This document shows, one piece after another, positions 27,656 through 40,867 of a DNA stretch of 64,000 nucleotides. Location: assembly GCF_009914755.1 (NCBI RefSeq), contig NC_060927.1, one strand, 5' to 3'. Below the pieces are notes generated by a model. The model was not told the DNA's origin and ran no database searches. It was given only the letters and a program-made list of their open reading frames with translations. Position 1 is the first letter of the stretch. Every line of letters begins with the position of its first letter. The stretch is from the human T2T-CHM13v2.0 reference genome, Homo sapiens. Position numbers and translations under genes: made by a program.

Positions 27656-30419
27656 ATGTATTTTTTTTAAAATATGGTCATAGCAGAAAATAACTTCAGT
27701 GTTAAACCACAGTTATCTCTGGGAGGTTGAATATTGTGTAATTAAACATTTTTAATTTTAAATTGTATATTTTTCATGTTTTCTATAATGAGTATCTTTC
27801 TTTTAGAATCAGAAAAATGTACAAATAATTTAAAACAAACGCCTTGAAAAATGAACAATCTTACCTAGTATTCAAAGAAATGCAAATTAAAATGTTATTT
27901 TTGTTTCTATCTCAGTAAATAAGGAAATATGGAGTAAAAGAGTAATCTTCCTGCTGAGCATGTTTTGCGGTTGCCAGCGCTGCCCCGGGTGTGTCTGGAG
28001 GAACACTCCCTGTTGCCTAACAACTGCTGTAATGTAACGGAAATAGAAGCATGATGCCACACATCCCTCAGAAAACGACTTGGCCCTTGGCCCTCCTGTG
28101 GATGAAGAGTATATTGAAGAGAAACTGGATATTTCTAAATTTGCTAAGACTCGCTTTTCTCACTTGCTCTCAGATCACACTACTTTTGAGTAGCCCAAAA
28201 TTTTGTTGCCAACTCAGCAAGTTAAGCAAACAATATTACAAATCATGTTGAAACTGAAGTGGTCCCCATGGGCCAGTGAGTACGGTGCAGGTGGAGAAAA
28301 AATTAGCTGCTGAGTTAGGACAAACTGCTCCAATTTTGAAGGCACAAATGGGCATCATCTTGGGCCCGGGTACTACCCAAGGTGGACCTCTCAATCAGGC
28401 TCTTATGCTCCCAGGTGTAGTTGTTGGGTGAACTCTCTCCCTGGATGCTCAGGGACAGCATCTCAGAGAGAGGTGAATGGAAAAACCATGAGACCCTGTA
28501 CACACTCTAGGTGCAATGGATTACAAGGGTTGATAGCTCTTCTTAGTAACCGAAAGCCTATATGCTCCATCTTTCTTGATGGCAAGGTCCCTGGGAAGGA
28601 GACATTCTCTTAGAATGTCATTAAATGACCATAGAATAAGCATGAAGTGAGTGGAATTATGTGGAAGGGATTCAGCATTTTACCCAAGCACTGGGCAGCC
28701 CCTGGGTGTGGCTGTCCCTCCACAGTGGCCTGTCTGTCTAAGTCTTGACCCACCCACCCAGATCCTCTTGGAAGCCACTGATAGCATTTGCCTCTGGGAA
28801 TTCTGCAGCCTTTGCTGATGAGTCTCAGTTGACACCATCTATCATTGCAGATACAGATGTCTCCAAAAGGCAATTGCCAAAGGCTGTGCCACACAGCACA
28901 CACCTGTCCATGTGCAGATTGATTCTGTTAAACTCTTCAGCTATCTTGTGGGCTGCTTTTCCCTGCCTCATTATCTGCCTGCAGACCTTCCTTCTGTGTT
29001 CTCTGCTCTTAGAGGTCAGATTGATCTGTATTTTTATCAAGATGAGGAAGGAGATGGTAGACTGTGAATCAAGGATCTACCTCTCCCAGTAATTCACTGT
29101 GGCATCTTGGGGCACCTGCTGGCCCTCTCTGAGCCTCCATTTTCTTACCCACGAAATGTGGATTTGGACCCAGTTATCTCCAACCACCCAAGAGTCTGTG
29201 ATTCTGCTACTAAGAAAAGCAAAAGGCAAGTACAAGATAGCATGTGTTTAGTTGCTGGGGAAAGCTCAGTCTAATATTAAAAATAATAAGTATAAAAATA
29301 ATCACCACCATTCACTCGAGCTTGCTTTGCCAGTTCTGCACTGTGATCTTTGCAGGGGTAATCTTACTGAATCCTCTGCTCCAACCCTACCAGGTGGGAA
29401 CTACTTTTATCTTTATTTTTCTGATGAGGAGATTGAGCCTCAGAGATGTTAAGCAACCTGCCGAAGCAGAGAGTTAATATGTCGGGATTCATCACAGGCA
29501 GATCCCTCTGCTCTTGGGAAGCCCAGACCTCAGAAGCAGGAGTGGGTCTGATTCAGGTGTGCTCTGAGGGCCAGCTGTCCTTTCCAAAAATGCCTTCCTT
29601 TATTTAGACACCAACATCCTTGCTATTTTGGATTTTTCAATGAGCTTCCTTATTTTCTCCCTATTCTGTCCTATTCAGCAAAATGAATGAATAAATATAG
29701 GTTCCTAATGTTACAAATTTAATTTTCTTCTAGAAATGAAAGTGTTTATTTCTCTTCTTTTATTTCTCAAGCCAAAATAATTATTTCCTCCTTCTTAGAA
29801 GTCCAGGAATAGGTTAAACTTTAATTAAAAGTCTTATGGTTCAACAGTTGGAATGAGGATCAGGTAATAACGAAGAAACCCCGTAAACACCCTGAGGAGA
29901 ACCAGCACCCCCTCCATTGGTTGTTTTAGCTCAGCCCACAGCTAACAGCTCAGCTCAGAAAGTTCCTACCACCCACTCCGCCTCTAACGCCTTTTAATAT
30001 TCGCACAGAGTTTTCTCACATTGTGGCTCTCACATACTTCCTTTATACATGCTGTTTCCTCAGCCTGGAATGCCACCTCTTTCTTTACCTGGAGAACCCC
30101 TGTCCCTTAAAGACGCAGGTCAGAAGTCACGTAGTACTCCTCTGCTACCACCTAATGCAAAGCGTGATTATTCCTTCACTTCTCTTCTGCATTTAAATTA
30201 TTGAGGGAAGAGGCTTGGTCTCATTGTCTTTGGAATAGCTCTGGATCTGCGTTCATGTTTTGTATATAATACGACTCAGTAAAGGTTGTGTAATATATGA
30301 CTTTCATATGTGTGTATGCAAAGATAATGTGTTCCCATGCCCTTTGACTCAGTTTTCCCCATGGCAATGAATTTAACCACAGGAAATAATTGAATAGGAG
30401 AAAGAAGATTACACAGATG

Positions 30420-32365
30420 GAAGTTCTATAAAATATGTATTTGCTAAACATTGGAAACAAGTTAAATGTTTATCAATTGAGTAATGGCAAGTAAATTGGG
30501 GTACATGATCTTGAAGGAACATGACTTATTCTCTCATTCATTATACAAACATATAGACTGCCAAAGAGCTATCAGATACACAGCAATTTAACAGTTACCA
30601 CATCTGACTTCAATGAATACACAGTCTGGTAGAGTCTTCTAAAATGATAATTACCAAACTACATAGAAAGCGAGCACTATTTGTGGTCTAACGTTAAGAG
30701 GAAAACAAATCAGATTATAAAACCATCTGTACATTACGATTGCAACTCTAAACATGTGAGAGTGTGAACAAGGTCTGGACGGGTGAATACAGGAATGACA
30801 ATATTGATGTGGTTAGATTGGATGACTTTTTCTTTAGCATTATTACAATTGTTTTCGAGCTTTAAAGTTTTAGATTGTTCCAAACGTTTCTAGGGGGGAA
30901 AAAAAAGCTGCTCCCATAGCCCTGGCTCCCCAGGTTGGCAGTAGCATGAATGATGGGGTATTTTCCCAGATGGGCAGGGGCTTGCCACAAGGTGACTGGG
31001 AGGGGATATTCAAGGCAGTCCAGGAGAGTTGGGTTACGGAAGGCTATCACTCTGTAGACTTGGGAGTGCTCACTGGGTGCCATCGTAAGAACCAGCCTCT
31101 TCTGTGTCTGGGCTATGCCACGCAGCAGCACCTGCAGGCTCTTCCAAGCTTTGTCAGCACCACAACTTGGGCACAGCACAGCAGTGCCAGGTGTGGAAAG
31201 CAGAAGTCTAAGAGGCAGACAAAAGGGTTGAGACCTGCAAGAGTTGGTGGCTAGTTCCTCATGCTGGAAAGGATGATCTCTATGTGAAAGGTACCTTATC
31301 CCTCTTCTACAGACCAGGAAACTGAAGCTTGATTTGTCCCAAGCTACTGGAGTTGGGGTTGGAATCCATCCCTTCTTATTTGGGGGCAGGGTTTTTCTAT
31401 TTCCCTTACTGGCCTGGGAGCAGGTGGAGATGCATGAGGTCATATGGAAGAGACAGGCTGATAGGATGGGTGGAGTCCTTTGGGAAGGAGGAGGCAATGG
31501 GGAATCTATTGGTAGGACCCCATGGTGGACGTATGAGAAGCCAAGCATTTGAGTTTTGACTCGATGCAGTAGGCAGTGGGGAGCCCTTGCAGGTTTGGGG
31601 ACATGATGGAAGAGGGCTTAATGAAGACGAGGCTGGTGTAATCAGGGGAGAAGCTGGATCAGGCACATGGTAAGGGTGATGTGTGGCATTTGTTTTGTGT
31701 AATCAGAATAGTACCCACCCATCCAACTTCTTGGAAATATGTATTTCTGCTTCTCCATGAGATTGGACTGGAAGCTTCCATCTTATATATCCCTTCCCCA
31801 TGGATAACAGCACCTTCCAGGGATGGGCACCTGATACAAACTTGGCCTATCAGAGCACTTCCCTGGGAATTTTGCCCTTGGGGCCAGAGAAACATGGGTG
31901 TCAGTCCCTCTCTGGTGATAAAGCTGTGTCATGTAAAGTCTGGGGGATCTATAATGACTAAAAGATTTGAGAGTCAGAGAGAGGGAATTCTAGCTTGGCT
32001 CAGGCCCTGGTTTCCCCTCACTTTGAGGGCTCAGACACCCTTTTGCTTGTGCCACAATATGAACAATATTCACCACCCTCATTTAACTAAACTAGTCTGA
32101 GTTGAATTTTTGTCATCTGCAAACCAAAAAGTTCTGATGACATTTGCAGTAAGAGAAATGTCTACTCTTTGTCATTCAAAGAGTTCAATTTGTTCATTCT
32201 TCAAATTTTGAGCACAGTTCTCAACAACACTCTAGGGTTGTTTTGTGTGCATTGGGTCCATCATTTTGTGCCTGTAAGAAATAACAACAAAAATCTTTCC
32301 TCACTAGTCAGCATCAGGTTCAGGAACTCCAGGTTCTCTGTAGACACAAGGCTTTGGGATTCCCT
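30420..32365 (-). other. CX3CR1: CX3CR1 3' UTR (~1.9 kb; distal end approximate)
   Basis: Follows the stop codon. Candidate variant poly(A) signal AATACA at 30441->30436; consistent with the ~3 kb mRNA I recall. Confidence 0.6.
31680..32140 (+). mobile_element. Old MLT1 MaLR LTR within the CX3CR1 3' UTR
   Basis: AGGGATGGGCACCTGA...GGCCTATCAGAGC...CTAGTCTGAGTTGAATTTTTGTCATCTGCAA. Confidence 0.55.
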
Positions 32366-33433
32366 TCAGAGAAGGAGCAATGCATCTCCATCACTCGTGT
32401 GGTAAGTAAAATTGCTGCTCAGAACACTTCCATGCCTGCTCCTTTGTGATTCAGATGAGGAGAAATCAACGTGGACTGAGCGCCCACACAGGACAGCCAG
32501 GCATTTCCCATACAGGTGGTAAAGGTATCTTCTGAACTTCTCCCCAGCAAATGCATAGATGAGAGGATTCAGGCAACAATGGCTAAATGCAACCGTCTCA
32601 GTCACACTGAGGGCCAGCCTCAGATCCTTCCTCATGTCACAACTGGGAAAGAAGTCATAGAGCTTAAGCGTCTCCAGGAAAATCATAATGTTGTAGGGTG
32701 TCCAGAAGAGGAAAAACACGATGACCACCAGAAGGATCAGTTTAATGGCTTTGGCTTTCTTGTGGTTCTTGCAGGAAAACAGCGTCTGGATGATTCTGAA
32801 GTAGCAATAACTCATAATGAGCAGGGGGAGTAGGAAGCCAAGAAAATTTGTTTCCACATTGCGGAGCACGGGCCAGATTTCCTGGAGGACCTCGGGGTAG
32901 TCACCAAGGCATTCATTTTCTTTCTGCTTTGTGAACATGAACTGGGGTGCTGCCACCAAAATGGCTGCTGCCCAGACGCCTAGGCTGATGGTGACGCCAT
33001 GCTGCACGGTCCGGTTGTTCATGGAGTTGGCGGCCAGGACGATGGCCAGGTACCTATCAATGCTGATGACGGTGATGAAGAATATGCTTCCAAAAAAGCC
33101 GATGAAGAAGAAGGCGGTAGTGAATTTGCACATGGCATTGTGGAGGCCCTTTTCATTTATCAAATAGTGAGTCCAGAAGGGCAAAGTGGCTACAAACAGC
33201 AGATCAGACAAGGCCAGGTTCAGGAGGTAAATGTCGGTGACACTCTTGGGCTTCTTGCTGTTGGTGAGGGCAAACACTACCAACAAATTTCCCACCAGGC
33301 CAATGGCAAAGATGACGGAGTAGAATATGGACAGGAACACAGTCCCAAAGACCACGATGTCCCCAATATAACAGGCCTCAGCCAAATCATCGTACTCAAA
33401 GTTTTCTGTCACTGATTCAGGGAACTGATCCAT
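32366..33433 (-). CDS. CX3CR1: CX3C chemokine (fractalkine) receptor 1, 355 aa class A GPCR, single coding exon
   Basis: Translation MDQFPESVTENFEYDDLAEACYIGD...DGDALLLL with 7 hydrophobic segments and GNLLV, LALSDLLF, DRYLAIV, FWTPYN, HCCLNPLIY motifs. True ATG at 33433 in strong Kozak context (TTCACCATGG). The first residues of the ORF track are intronic. 1068 nt = 355 aa + stop. Confidence 0.99.
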   Translation of the reverse strand: MDQFPESVTENFEYDDLAEACYIGDIVVFGTVFLSIFYSVIFAIGLVGNLLVVFALTNSKKPKSVTDIYLLNLALSDLLFVATLPFWTHYLINEKGLHNAMCKFTTAFFFIGFFGSIFFITVISIDRYLAIVLAANSMNNRTVQHGVTISLGVWAAAILVAAPQFMFTKQKENECLGDYPEVLQEIWPVLRNVETNFLGFLLPLLIMSYCYFRIIQTLFSCKNHKKAKAIKLILLVVIVFFLFWTPYNIMIFLETLKLYDFFPSCDMRKDLRLALSVTETVAFSHCCLNPLIYAFAGEKFRRYLYHLYGKCLAVLCGRSVHVDFSSSESQRSRHGSVLSSNFTYHTSDGDALLLL

Positions 33434-33442
33434 GGTGAAGGC

Positions 33443-33478
33443 CTGGATCAGAAAGAAAAACAAGTAACTGTGTTAGTT
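33443..33478 (-). other. CX3CR1: Splice acceptor and branch point of the CX3CR1 coding exon (exon starts at 33442)
   Basis: Minus strand reads AACTAAC (branch point) ... TTGTTTTTCTTTCTGATCCAG|GCCTTCACCATG. Confidence 0.93.
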
Positions 33479-33712
33479 ATCAGAGAAACAAAGTTGGAAT
33501 TCTGTGTGGCCTCATATGTAGGCAGGCAGGAAGAAACAAATATTGGTTGGGTGCACACTACATTTCCCAACTTCCCACTTGCCATCTTGTTTAATCCCCA
33601 CAACAGTCTTGTGATGAAGACTGCAACAGACTCTTCTGACAGGAGAGGCGGACTCCTTTGACTTGCCCAAAGCCATGCAGTAAATGGCTCTGTGAGCATT
33701 TGGCTCTAGGCA

Positions 33713-34007
33713 TTTTTTTTTTTTTAAATGGAGTCTCGCTGTGTCACCCAGGCTGGAGTGCAGTGGTGCGATCTCAGCTCACTGCAACCTCTGTCCCCTG
33801 GGGTTCAAGCGATTCTCCTGCCTCAGCCTCCCAAATAGCTGGGATTATAGGCGTGCACTACCACGCCTGGCTAATTTTTGTATTTTTAGTAGAGATGGGG
33901 TTTCATCATGTTAGCCAGGCTGGTCTCAAACTCCTGACCTCAGATTATCCTTCCGCCTCAGCCTCCCAAAATGCTAGGATTACAGGCGTGAGCCACAGCG
34001 CCCAGCC
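33713..34007 (-). mobile_element. AluSx in the CX3CR1 intron
   Basis: Reverse-complement Alu. TSD GCTCTAGGC. Confidence 0.9.
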
Positions 34008-34423
34008 AGCTCTAGGCTTTTTGAAGCTTGAGACAGATCTGTTTTACTTTTACTGCCCAAAATCTCTCCAAAAGCTAGCTAGTTTGACCAATGTGTGGAT
34101 GAGAAAGGGAGAACCATGAGCAGGAGGGGGAGGGGGGTGAGATGGGGTGAATTGGGGGTGCAGCTGTAATTCACACTTCCAGTCCAAACTTCCCCAAAGC
34201 AATTCTCCATCCTCTTCCTTTGTTTCCACCTTTTCCACCCTCTGGCCCCTTACTTTTCCATGAAGCTAGGCCTGGAGAGAGAAGCCTCAGACCCAGAGCC
34301 TTGGGCAGAACAGCACCCGGAAGCCCTCATCTTTGTTTTTTGAGAACCATTTCACCTCCTCTTCTCCTTATAATCAACAAGTCCTTCTCTTTCTTAGCAG
34401 GTATCAGACAGAGTCATACACTC

Positions 34424-34536
34424 TAGAGTGACTACCTTGTTTTGGGCTGCCCAGGACTTTCCTGGTTTTAGCCCTGAAAGTCCCATCTATTGGGAACCCC
34501 TCAGTCCCAGGCAAATCAGGACTGTTGGTCATCCTA
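34424..34536. mobile_element. MER81 (hAT-Blackjack MITE)
   Basis: TAGAGTGAC...CCAGGACTTTCCTGGTTTTAGC...TGAAAGTCCC...GTTGGTCATCCTA. Confidence 0.8.
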
Positions 34537-37500
34537 CAACCCTAAGTGAAGAGAAGGTGTTGCCATCATTCAGGACTCTGCAGTCATAGAGGGGCTGACT
34601 GATTCAAGATGGAGGATGGGGCTCCGTTAGTCTGCTGGGCTAGTCTCCGGGTGACTAATTCCCCCTACGATTACCAGCCCTATAGTTCACTTTGGTTTGG
34701 ACTTCCCCACTATTCTTATCTCCTGTTTCCTTCTGAGCAGGAATTGAAAAAAGAAGACACTTCTGCAGGCTGCACTCCCCTTCTTTTCGCAGCCAGGACT
34801 TGCTGCTCATTCACTCCAGAGCCGGCTGGGAGGCAGCCCTTTCACACGGCTCCTCTGGGCGTCTCCTCGTGATACCACAGATGGGTCCCTCAGAAACCCT
34901 CAAAACAGGCCTCCTGGTTGTCACTGCCTCCCTCCTTACCACAACTTACAGCAAAGCTCACGCTTTAACCGAGGGAGTTTCCACGCCCCACTACACCCTT
35001 TCCATGATGGTTTTACCCAGGTGGTGTCTCACCAAGATGAGGGCCCACCCAGCCAGGGTGTGTCACTTCTCGCTTCCCAGCCTCTGCTTTGGGGCCTGCA
35101 TCTCACCCAGACTCTCCTGGGATAAGTGGGCCGGGGCTTTACAACCTAAGCTGTCTCAGGCTGTGATGAGTTCTCAACCCCAGGGAACGTGTATGCTTTC
35201 TCTGCTTCAGGCTACAATGCCCTTTTCTCAGAGAATAATCTCTGGCTGTGACGTTAATTAATAACATTTAAGTCAAATGGTATAAAATGGCTGACATACA
35301 GCTATTTTTGAGCCACATCCATGTCAGTTTTATATGACTCAAGCTAATATGTGGGAAACAGAAATTGCTACTTAGTGCCTGCAGCTTGTCACAGAGCATG
35401 ATCTTCCCAGACAAGCTGCTGTATGAGTAAAAATAGTCAAGTCCTTGGTGGTTCTATGTTAGGGACCCTGGAGCTAGCTACTTTCTCCCTCCCCTTCCCC
35501 CAGTGAGAAGAGCTGGCAAAGCCGACCTCGAGAGGTGGCCAAATCCAGTAAAAATTGTCTCGCATCTCTTTATGTGCCTGTGGTCGGTCCTTCAGCACAG
35601 GAACTTCTGTGGACTCGGGCACTCCCGAGATTGAATCCTGCATCTGTCCTCTCTGGCTGAGTGATGGGTGAGCTTGAAACCTCTGAGCCTAACATTCCTT
35701 GTCTGTAAGATCGGGATTCATTCTCATGCCTGCCCACAGAACTGTTTTAAGGGGAGCACCTGGCACAGTGTGTCACATACAGCAAGCACTTAATACATGT
35801 TCAATTTGTTTCCTGCATTATGTGAGGAAGCAAAAGCCCTTTGGATCTTTGGAAACATCCAGGCTGCCTGTGGACTCCCATGTTCCACCTCCACCCTGGG
35901 TATCCTGGGAATTTGGTCTTTAAAGGTCACTTTATTTTTTTTTCCCCCTGAAATAAGACATGCTTTCTTTTCAGATTATTTTGGGGGAGGTAAGCCACCC
36001 TTTATTGAGCTTTTACTAAACTGTCAGGCTCATTGCTCTGTTTGGATTAATATTGATCTAATCCGTTCTGCAATTCTGAAAAAAAAAAAGTTCTATATTT
36101 AATTCACTGCACTGCTGAATGCCTCTGGGGATATTCATGATGAGAGGAAGGAATGGGACAAATGTGGAGAAGGAAGGGAAAGTTAGAAATAAGCAACTGA
36201 TTGCCTGGTGGAGTGGCAGAGGGGTCCCAAATCAGGCCCTTTGCCTTACTGGGTGCTTGGGCTCAGGGCTGCCACGTGCACAGGGGCATCTCTAATTTGC
36301 ACCAAGTCTCCATATAAGCTGGGGGTGGTCTGGCTTGGCAAGGAGCTCATGAAAAGATCAGTCAGGTACAGTCTAAGCCAGGAAGGGGCTTGTCTTCTCA
36401 ATGGGGAAAATTCACATAAAGACTTTGATTAAGACAGAATGGAAGAAGTGGGTGAATGTATCTTCTGCAGATGGGATGCAAATTCAGATAATGCTCTGGG
36501 CAGGATGGTTTTGCCTGATACGTGGTGATATTATGTATTGAGAGCCAAATGGCTGGTTATGGGCATCCATCTGGCTTGGGACTGCTCCCTGCCATCCAGG
36601 GGGTCTGCTCAGTGAGGGCAGACGAACACTCTGCAGCCCTCATCCTAGCTCCCTGCTGTCTCAGAGTCCCCAGTGAAGACCCTAGAATTGCTGTGGCTCC
36701 CACAGGAGTCTCTCAGTGCTGGCACAGTGGGTGCATGCAGTGGGTGCTCACCCAGCATATCATGGTCCCTGCTATGAGCCATCTGGACCATGCTACAGAG
36801 GAAAGAGCAGTACCAATATCGCTTTCTATGAGTTCCCACGTGACTCTGAGGAACAGCACTGGTCATTGAGGGACATTTTTGATCTTCATGTTCACATTTC
36901 CATTTTGCACACACTGTGCCTCACAGGAGGCACAGCTGGGTGAAGCACCTGGCCCATCCCACAGCTAGAAGCAGGGGGAGCAGGACTGAGGCCAAGGCCT
37001 GTGCTGTTCCCACTCTGCCTTGAAGATGGAGGAGACTCGGGCCCTGGGCTTAGGGGCCAAATCCTGGCAGGGGAGAAGAGTCAAGGACTCAATGACTATC
37101 AAACAGTTGAGTCCCAAGTCCAGTGGTAAAAAGGCATCAAAACAACAGCCTTAGCTTCCTCCTCTAAAAAAATAACCTCTTAGGTTTGTTGAGAGCATAA
37201 GAATTAAATTACTTTAAATTGCTTATTGGGATTTATCGTAGACACACACATGCTCAAGCAAGTGTGTACACTGTCACTGCAACAAGCTTCAAATATAAAT
37301 GAAGGGAAACAACCCCAATGTCCATCACTAGGGACAGATCAAAGCACGATAAGTCCAATTAATGGAATACCAAGCAGCTGCTTAAAAACCAAACAGTTTC
37401 TAGCTCTTGGAAACTTGGGAAAAACAACAAAAACAGGCAGATCTGTATATTCTGTCATGCAACAATCTCTAAGATATACTGGTAAGTGAAAAAAGCTAGG

Positions 37501-40500
37501 TGAGGTACCATGTACATAGTATGCTGTCATTTGTGGAAAAGAATGATGTGTGCGTATTTTGTATAAAGTTTAAATATCTCTTAAGGAATACACTGGTGGT
37601 GGTAATTATCCCTGGAGAGGGATTCTGAAGGATTGAGGATATGGGAAAGGAGACAGTTTTTATGGTAAACTTTTGGAAATGTTTTTTACCATGTACACAT
37701 ACTACGTATTTTGGAAAATAGTTTAATTAATTCGTTTGGAATTTTAAAATAAAAATCAACAAAAATATGAGTTATATGAAAAACTAAAAAATGAGTAACT
37801 TAGTACAATAACAAGCATGCTGCACATAATAAGTGGTAGCCAACATATAAAAGGATCATCTCTATTTTTATGGGCAAATAGATGAATTCAGAGAGGGTGA
37901 ATAACTTGTTCGAGGTGATGCAGTGTGTGTGCAATAGGGCTGCAGTGAGGGCCCAGATGTGTTCGGCCTCAGCACTTTTTTTTAACTTCACATTACAGCC
38001 CTTCCCCATTCCTTTTTCCCAAGACTAGGAGTTCCTAAGAGAAGACCCACGTCCTCTTCAGCTCTGCAGGCCAATGTTCAACAGAAGGCCTGGTACACAG
38101 CGAATGCCATATGAATATTTGCAGAAGGATAAATATTATATCCTAGACCTTTGTTCCAAAGAGTTTCATCTAGTAGTGATGACAGCACCCTATCAGTCAC
38201 CCTGATCCCAGGGGTGCTCATGAGCACACAGGTGTCCTTTCTGATCATAGGCTAGGAAGCCTTGAACTCTGAGAAGTTAGTAGGTGCCTGATGTGTTAAA
38301 TGAATTAATAAATAAGTGAATGAAAGACTTCAAGGAGCAAGAAAAGAGATTCGTCAGCTCTATAATATGGAGCCCCAGGAGATGAGAAGAGGCTCACCAG
38401 CTCTCCACAGTCAGAAGACAACTTGGCAAACACAACCTCTCATTTCAACCATACCTCTCACATGTGGCTTTTGAACATATGTGGTCATGAAATAGATATC
38501 AGCGTGGGTAATTGCAGCTCTGTCTTCTGTGCAAATCTCAAGAAACAGCAGGAGTCATTGGGCAACATAGGGTTTTGCCTGGTTCTGAAGAGACTTGTAT
38601 TCTGTGTGCTGGAGCTAGTTCAAACCGCCCTTGGTAGCCAAATGCCCCAGAGCATGTGAAGGCACCATTTACATAAAAAATCTGACATCGCTGAAGCTGT
38701 GTCCTTCGCAGAAGTATTCCAGTGAACTTGATAGCTTTAGCAAGGCGCTTTTTAAGGAAGACTGAGCCTGAGCTGAGTGTACCTCCTATTTGTGGATCCT
38801 CCAAGATGTTCAAGGTTTGGGAGCTGAGCCTAAGATAGGGCCTCCTGGCAGCAGATGCGAGTGTGGCCGTGCCTTGGGGGTGGCCCTCAGGGTGGTCAAA
38901 GGCCTGCCAGAGGTCTAATTGGTTTTCATCTTAGACTGGACCATGGCTTTCCTTTGTCCCTGAGGGACACTAGAAACCAAGTGGAAGAATCAAATGAGAA
39001 GACTTTGCAGTGTCTACCCAGCTGGGTTTCATATCCACAAGGGTTGTAAGACGCATGCATTCTGGGATGTTGCACTAATAAAGGCATCATCAACTAAGGC
39101 TGCACTTTACAACTTAGTGCAGCAGCCAGTAAGAATTTAAACCTTCTCTGGGCCATCCTCAGGCCTCCTTACCCACTATTCAGTTAAGCCAAGGTTTTAC
39201 TAAATGGCCTTGAGCTGGGAGAGTTTCGGTGAACCTAGACAGAGCTTTGAGTGTACACATGTTTCACACCCAAGTAGAAATTTGTAAAATTCCCCACTCA
39301 CATCCGTGGCTGATCCTGGTCTACTTCCTCTGGCCTACTTCCTTTTCTCATGCCTGCTCATTTATTTTTTAACTTTTTAGGGGAGGGACACTCATCATTA
39401 CCCATTGTTTCCAATCAGCTTCCCTTTTCTATACTTCCCTTCTTCTTTAGGTGGCCAGAATCCATTTCTTCTTCAATCTGACATTCTTTTATGTTGCTTT
39501 CTCCCTCTCTTTTGGCTTCACATCCAGCTTACTGTTTTCTAAATCCAGTGTATCTTCTGGTAGTTTTTACCCTCCTGGTCTCTGTTTATGGCTTTTTAGT
39601 AAAAGTGAAGACTGGGTTTGAGGTTCAGTCTGGTGCCAAGAAAATTGTGAGGCTTAATTTTTTTCTTTGTACCAAATGAGAGTAGAGAATTGCTTGAGGA
39701 GCCCCAACCCAAACTTTCCTTATGAGGATGCCATTGTGCTGTTGACATTGTGGAATCTGAAGTCACCCTCAGAAAGCCCCAGTTTAGAAAGGGAGGAGGC
39801 TGCCATTCCCGGATGCCTGCTAAGTGTCATGCTCCACACACAAGATCCCACCACATTCTCTTCACAACCCCACTGGAGAAATGATGATCCCCATGGTATA
39901 AATTAACCAGCAGAGGCCCAGAGATTTGGTTAACTTGTTCAAGGAAGCAAAAGAGCCAGGATCTCAACCCCAGATGCCTCTTTCCACAAAGCCTGTGCTC
40001 CTTGCACCGCACAATGCTTTTCTCCCTGGAGGGGAAATCTGCAGGATATTGCAGGCCACTTCTCTCGAAGTAGAACTGAAAATAGTAGACCCAGGCCCCT
40101 TAAGAGAAACTGGTCCATGATGCATCTCTGAATTCGTTGGGGTTCTCCCCCTGTGGGCTCATAACCCAGCAGGCTGCCCCTCAGGGATTGGTGAGTGGAA
40201 AATGGAATGCGGGATATTATTTGCTCCTCTAGCCACCACTAGGTGGTCCACACTGCCAGATCCCCAGGAATCTAGCTCCCAGCAACCATAGTGAGGAAAC
40301 TGGGGTCATTTTCTCTGGAGAGGAAAAGTCTGAAGGCTGAAGGTTTAGCCTATTTTCTGCCTTCAAATATATGATAGTGCTTTTAAGAGCCACATGTTTC
40401 ACAGGAGCCCATACATTTCTGAGCATGAATGGCTGAGAGACCCTGGGCAGGTCACTCTGCTCTGCTTCAGTTTCTTGATGTATGAAATTAAAGCATTGGA

Positions 40501-40572
40501 CCAGACCACCTCTAAGAGCCTTGCTAGCTCTGGCATGCTCAATTTTTCAGCAAGAATCAAACAGAAGGAAAC

Positions 40573-40867
<295 letters not shown>

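Noticed and set aside
32516-33415. Plus-strand ORFs of 105, 78 and 138 aa overlapping CX3CR1
   Set aside because: Antisense shadows of a coding sequence with no independent support.
33434-33463. 10-aa N-terminal extension MFFFLIQAFT in the ORF track
   Set aside because: It starts at a TTG in the intron's polypyrimidine tract. Only AFT is exonic, and it is coding only in the long isoforms.
40232-40250. CTCF-like CCACTAGGTGGTCC in the intron
   Set aside because: Mismatch at the highly conserved C of GGC; too weak to call without ChIP data.
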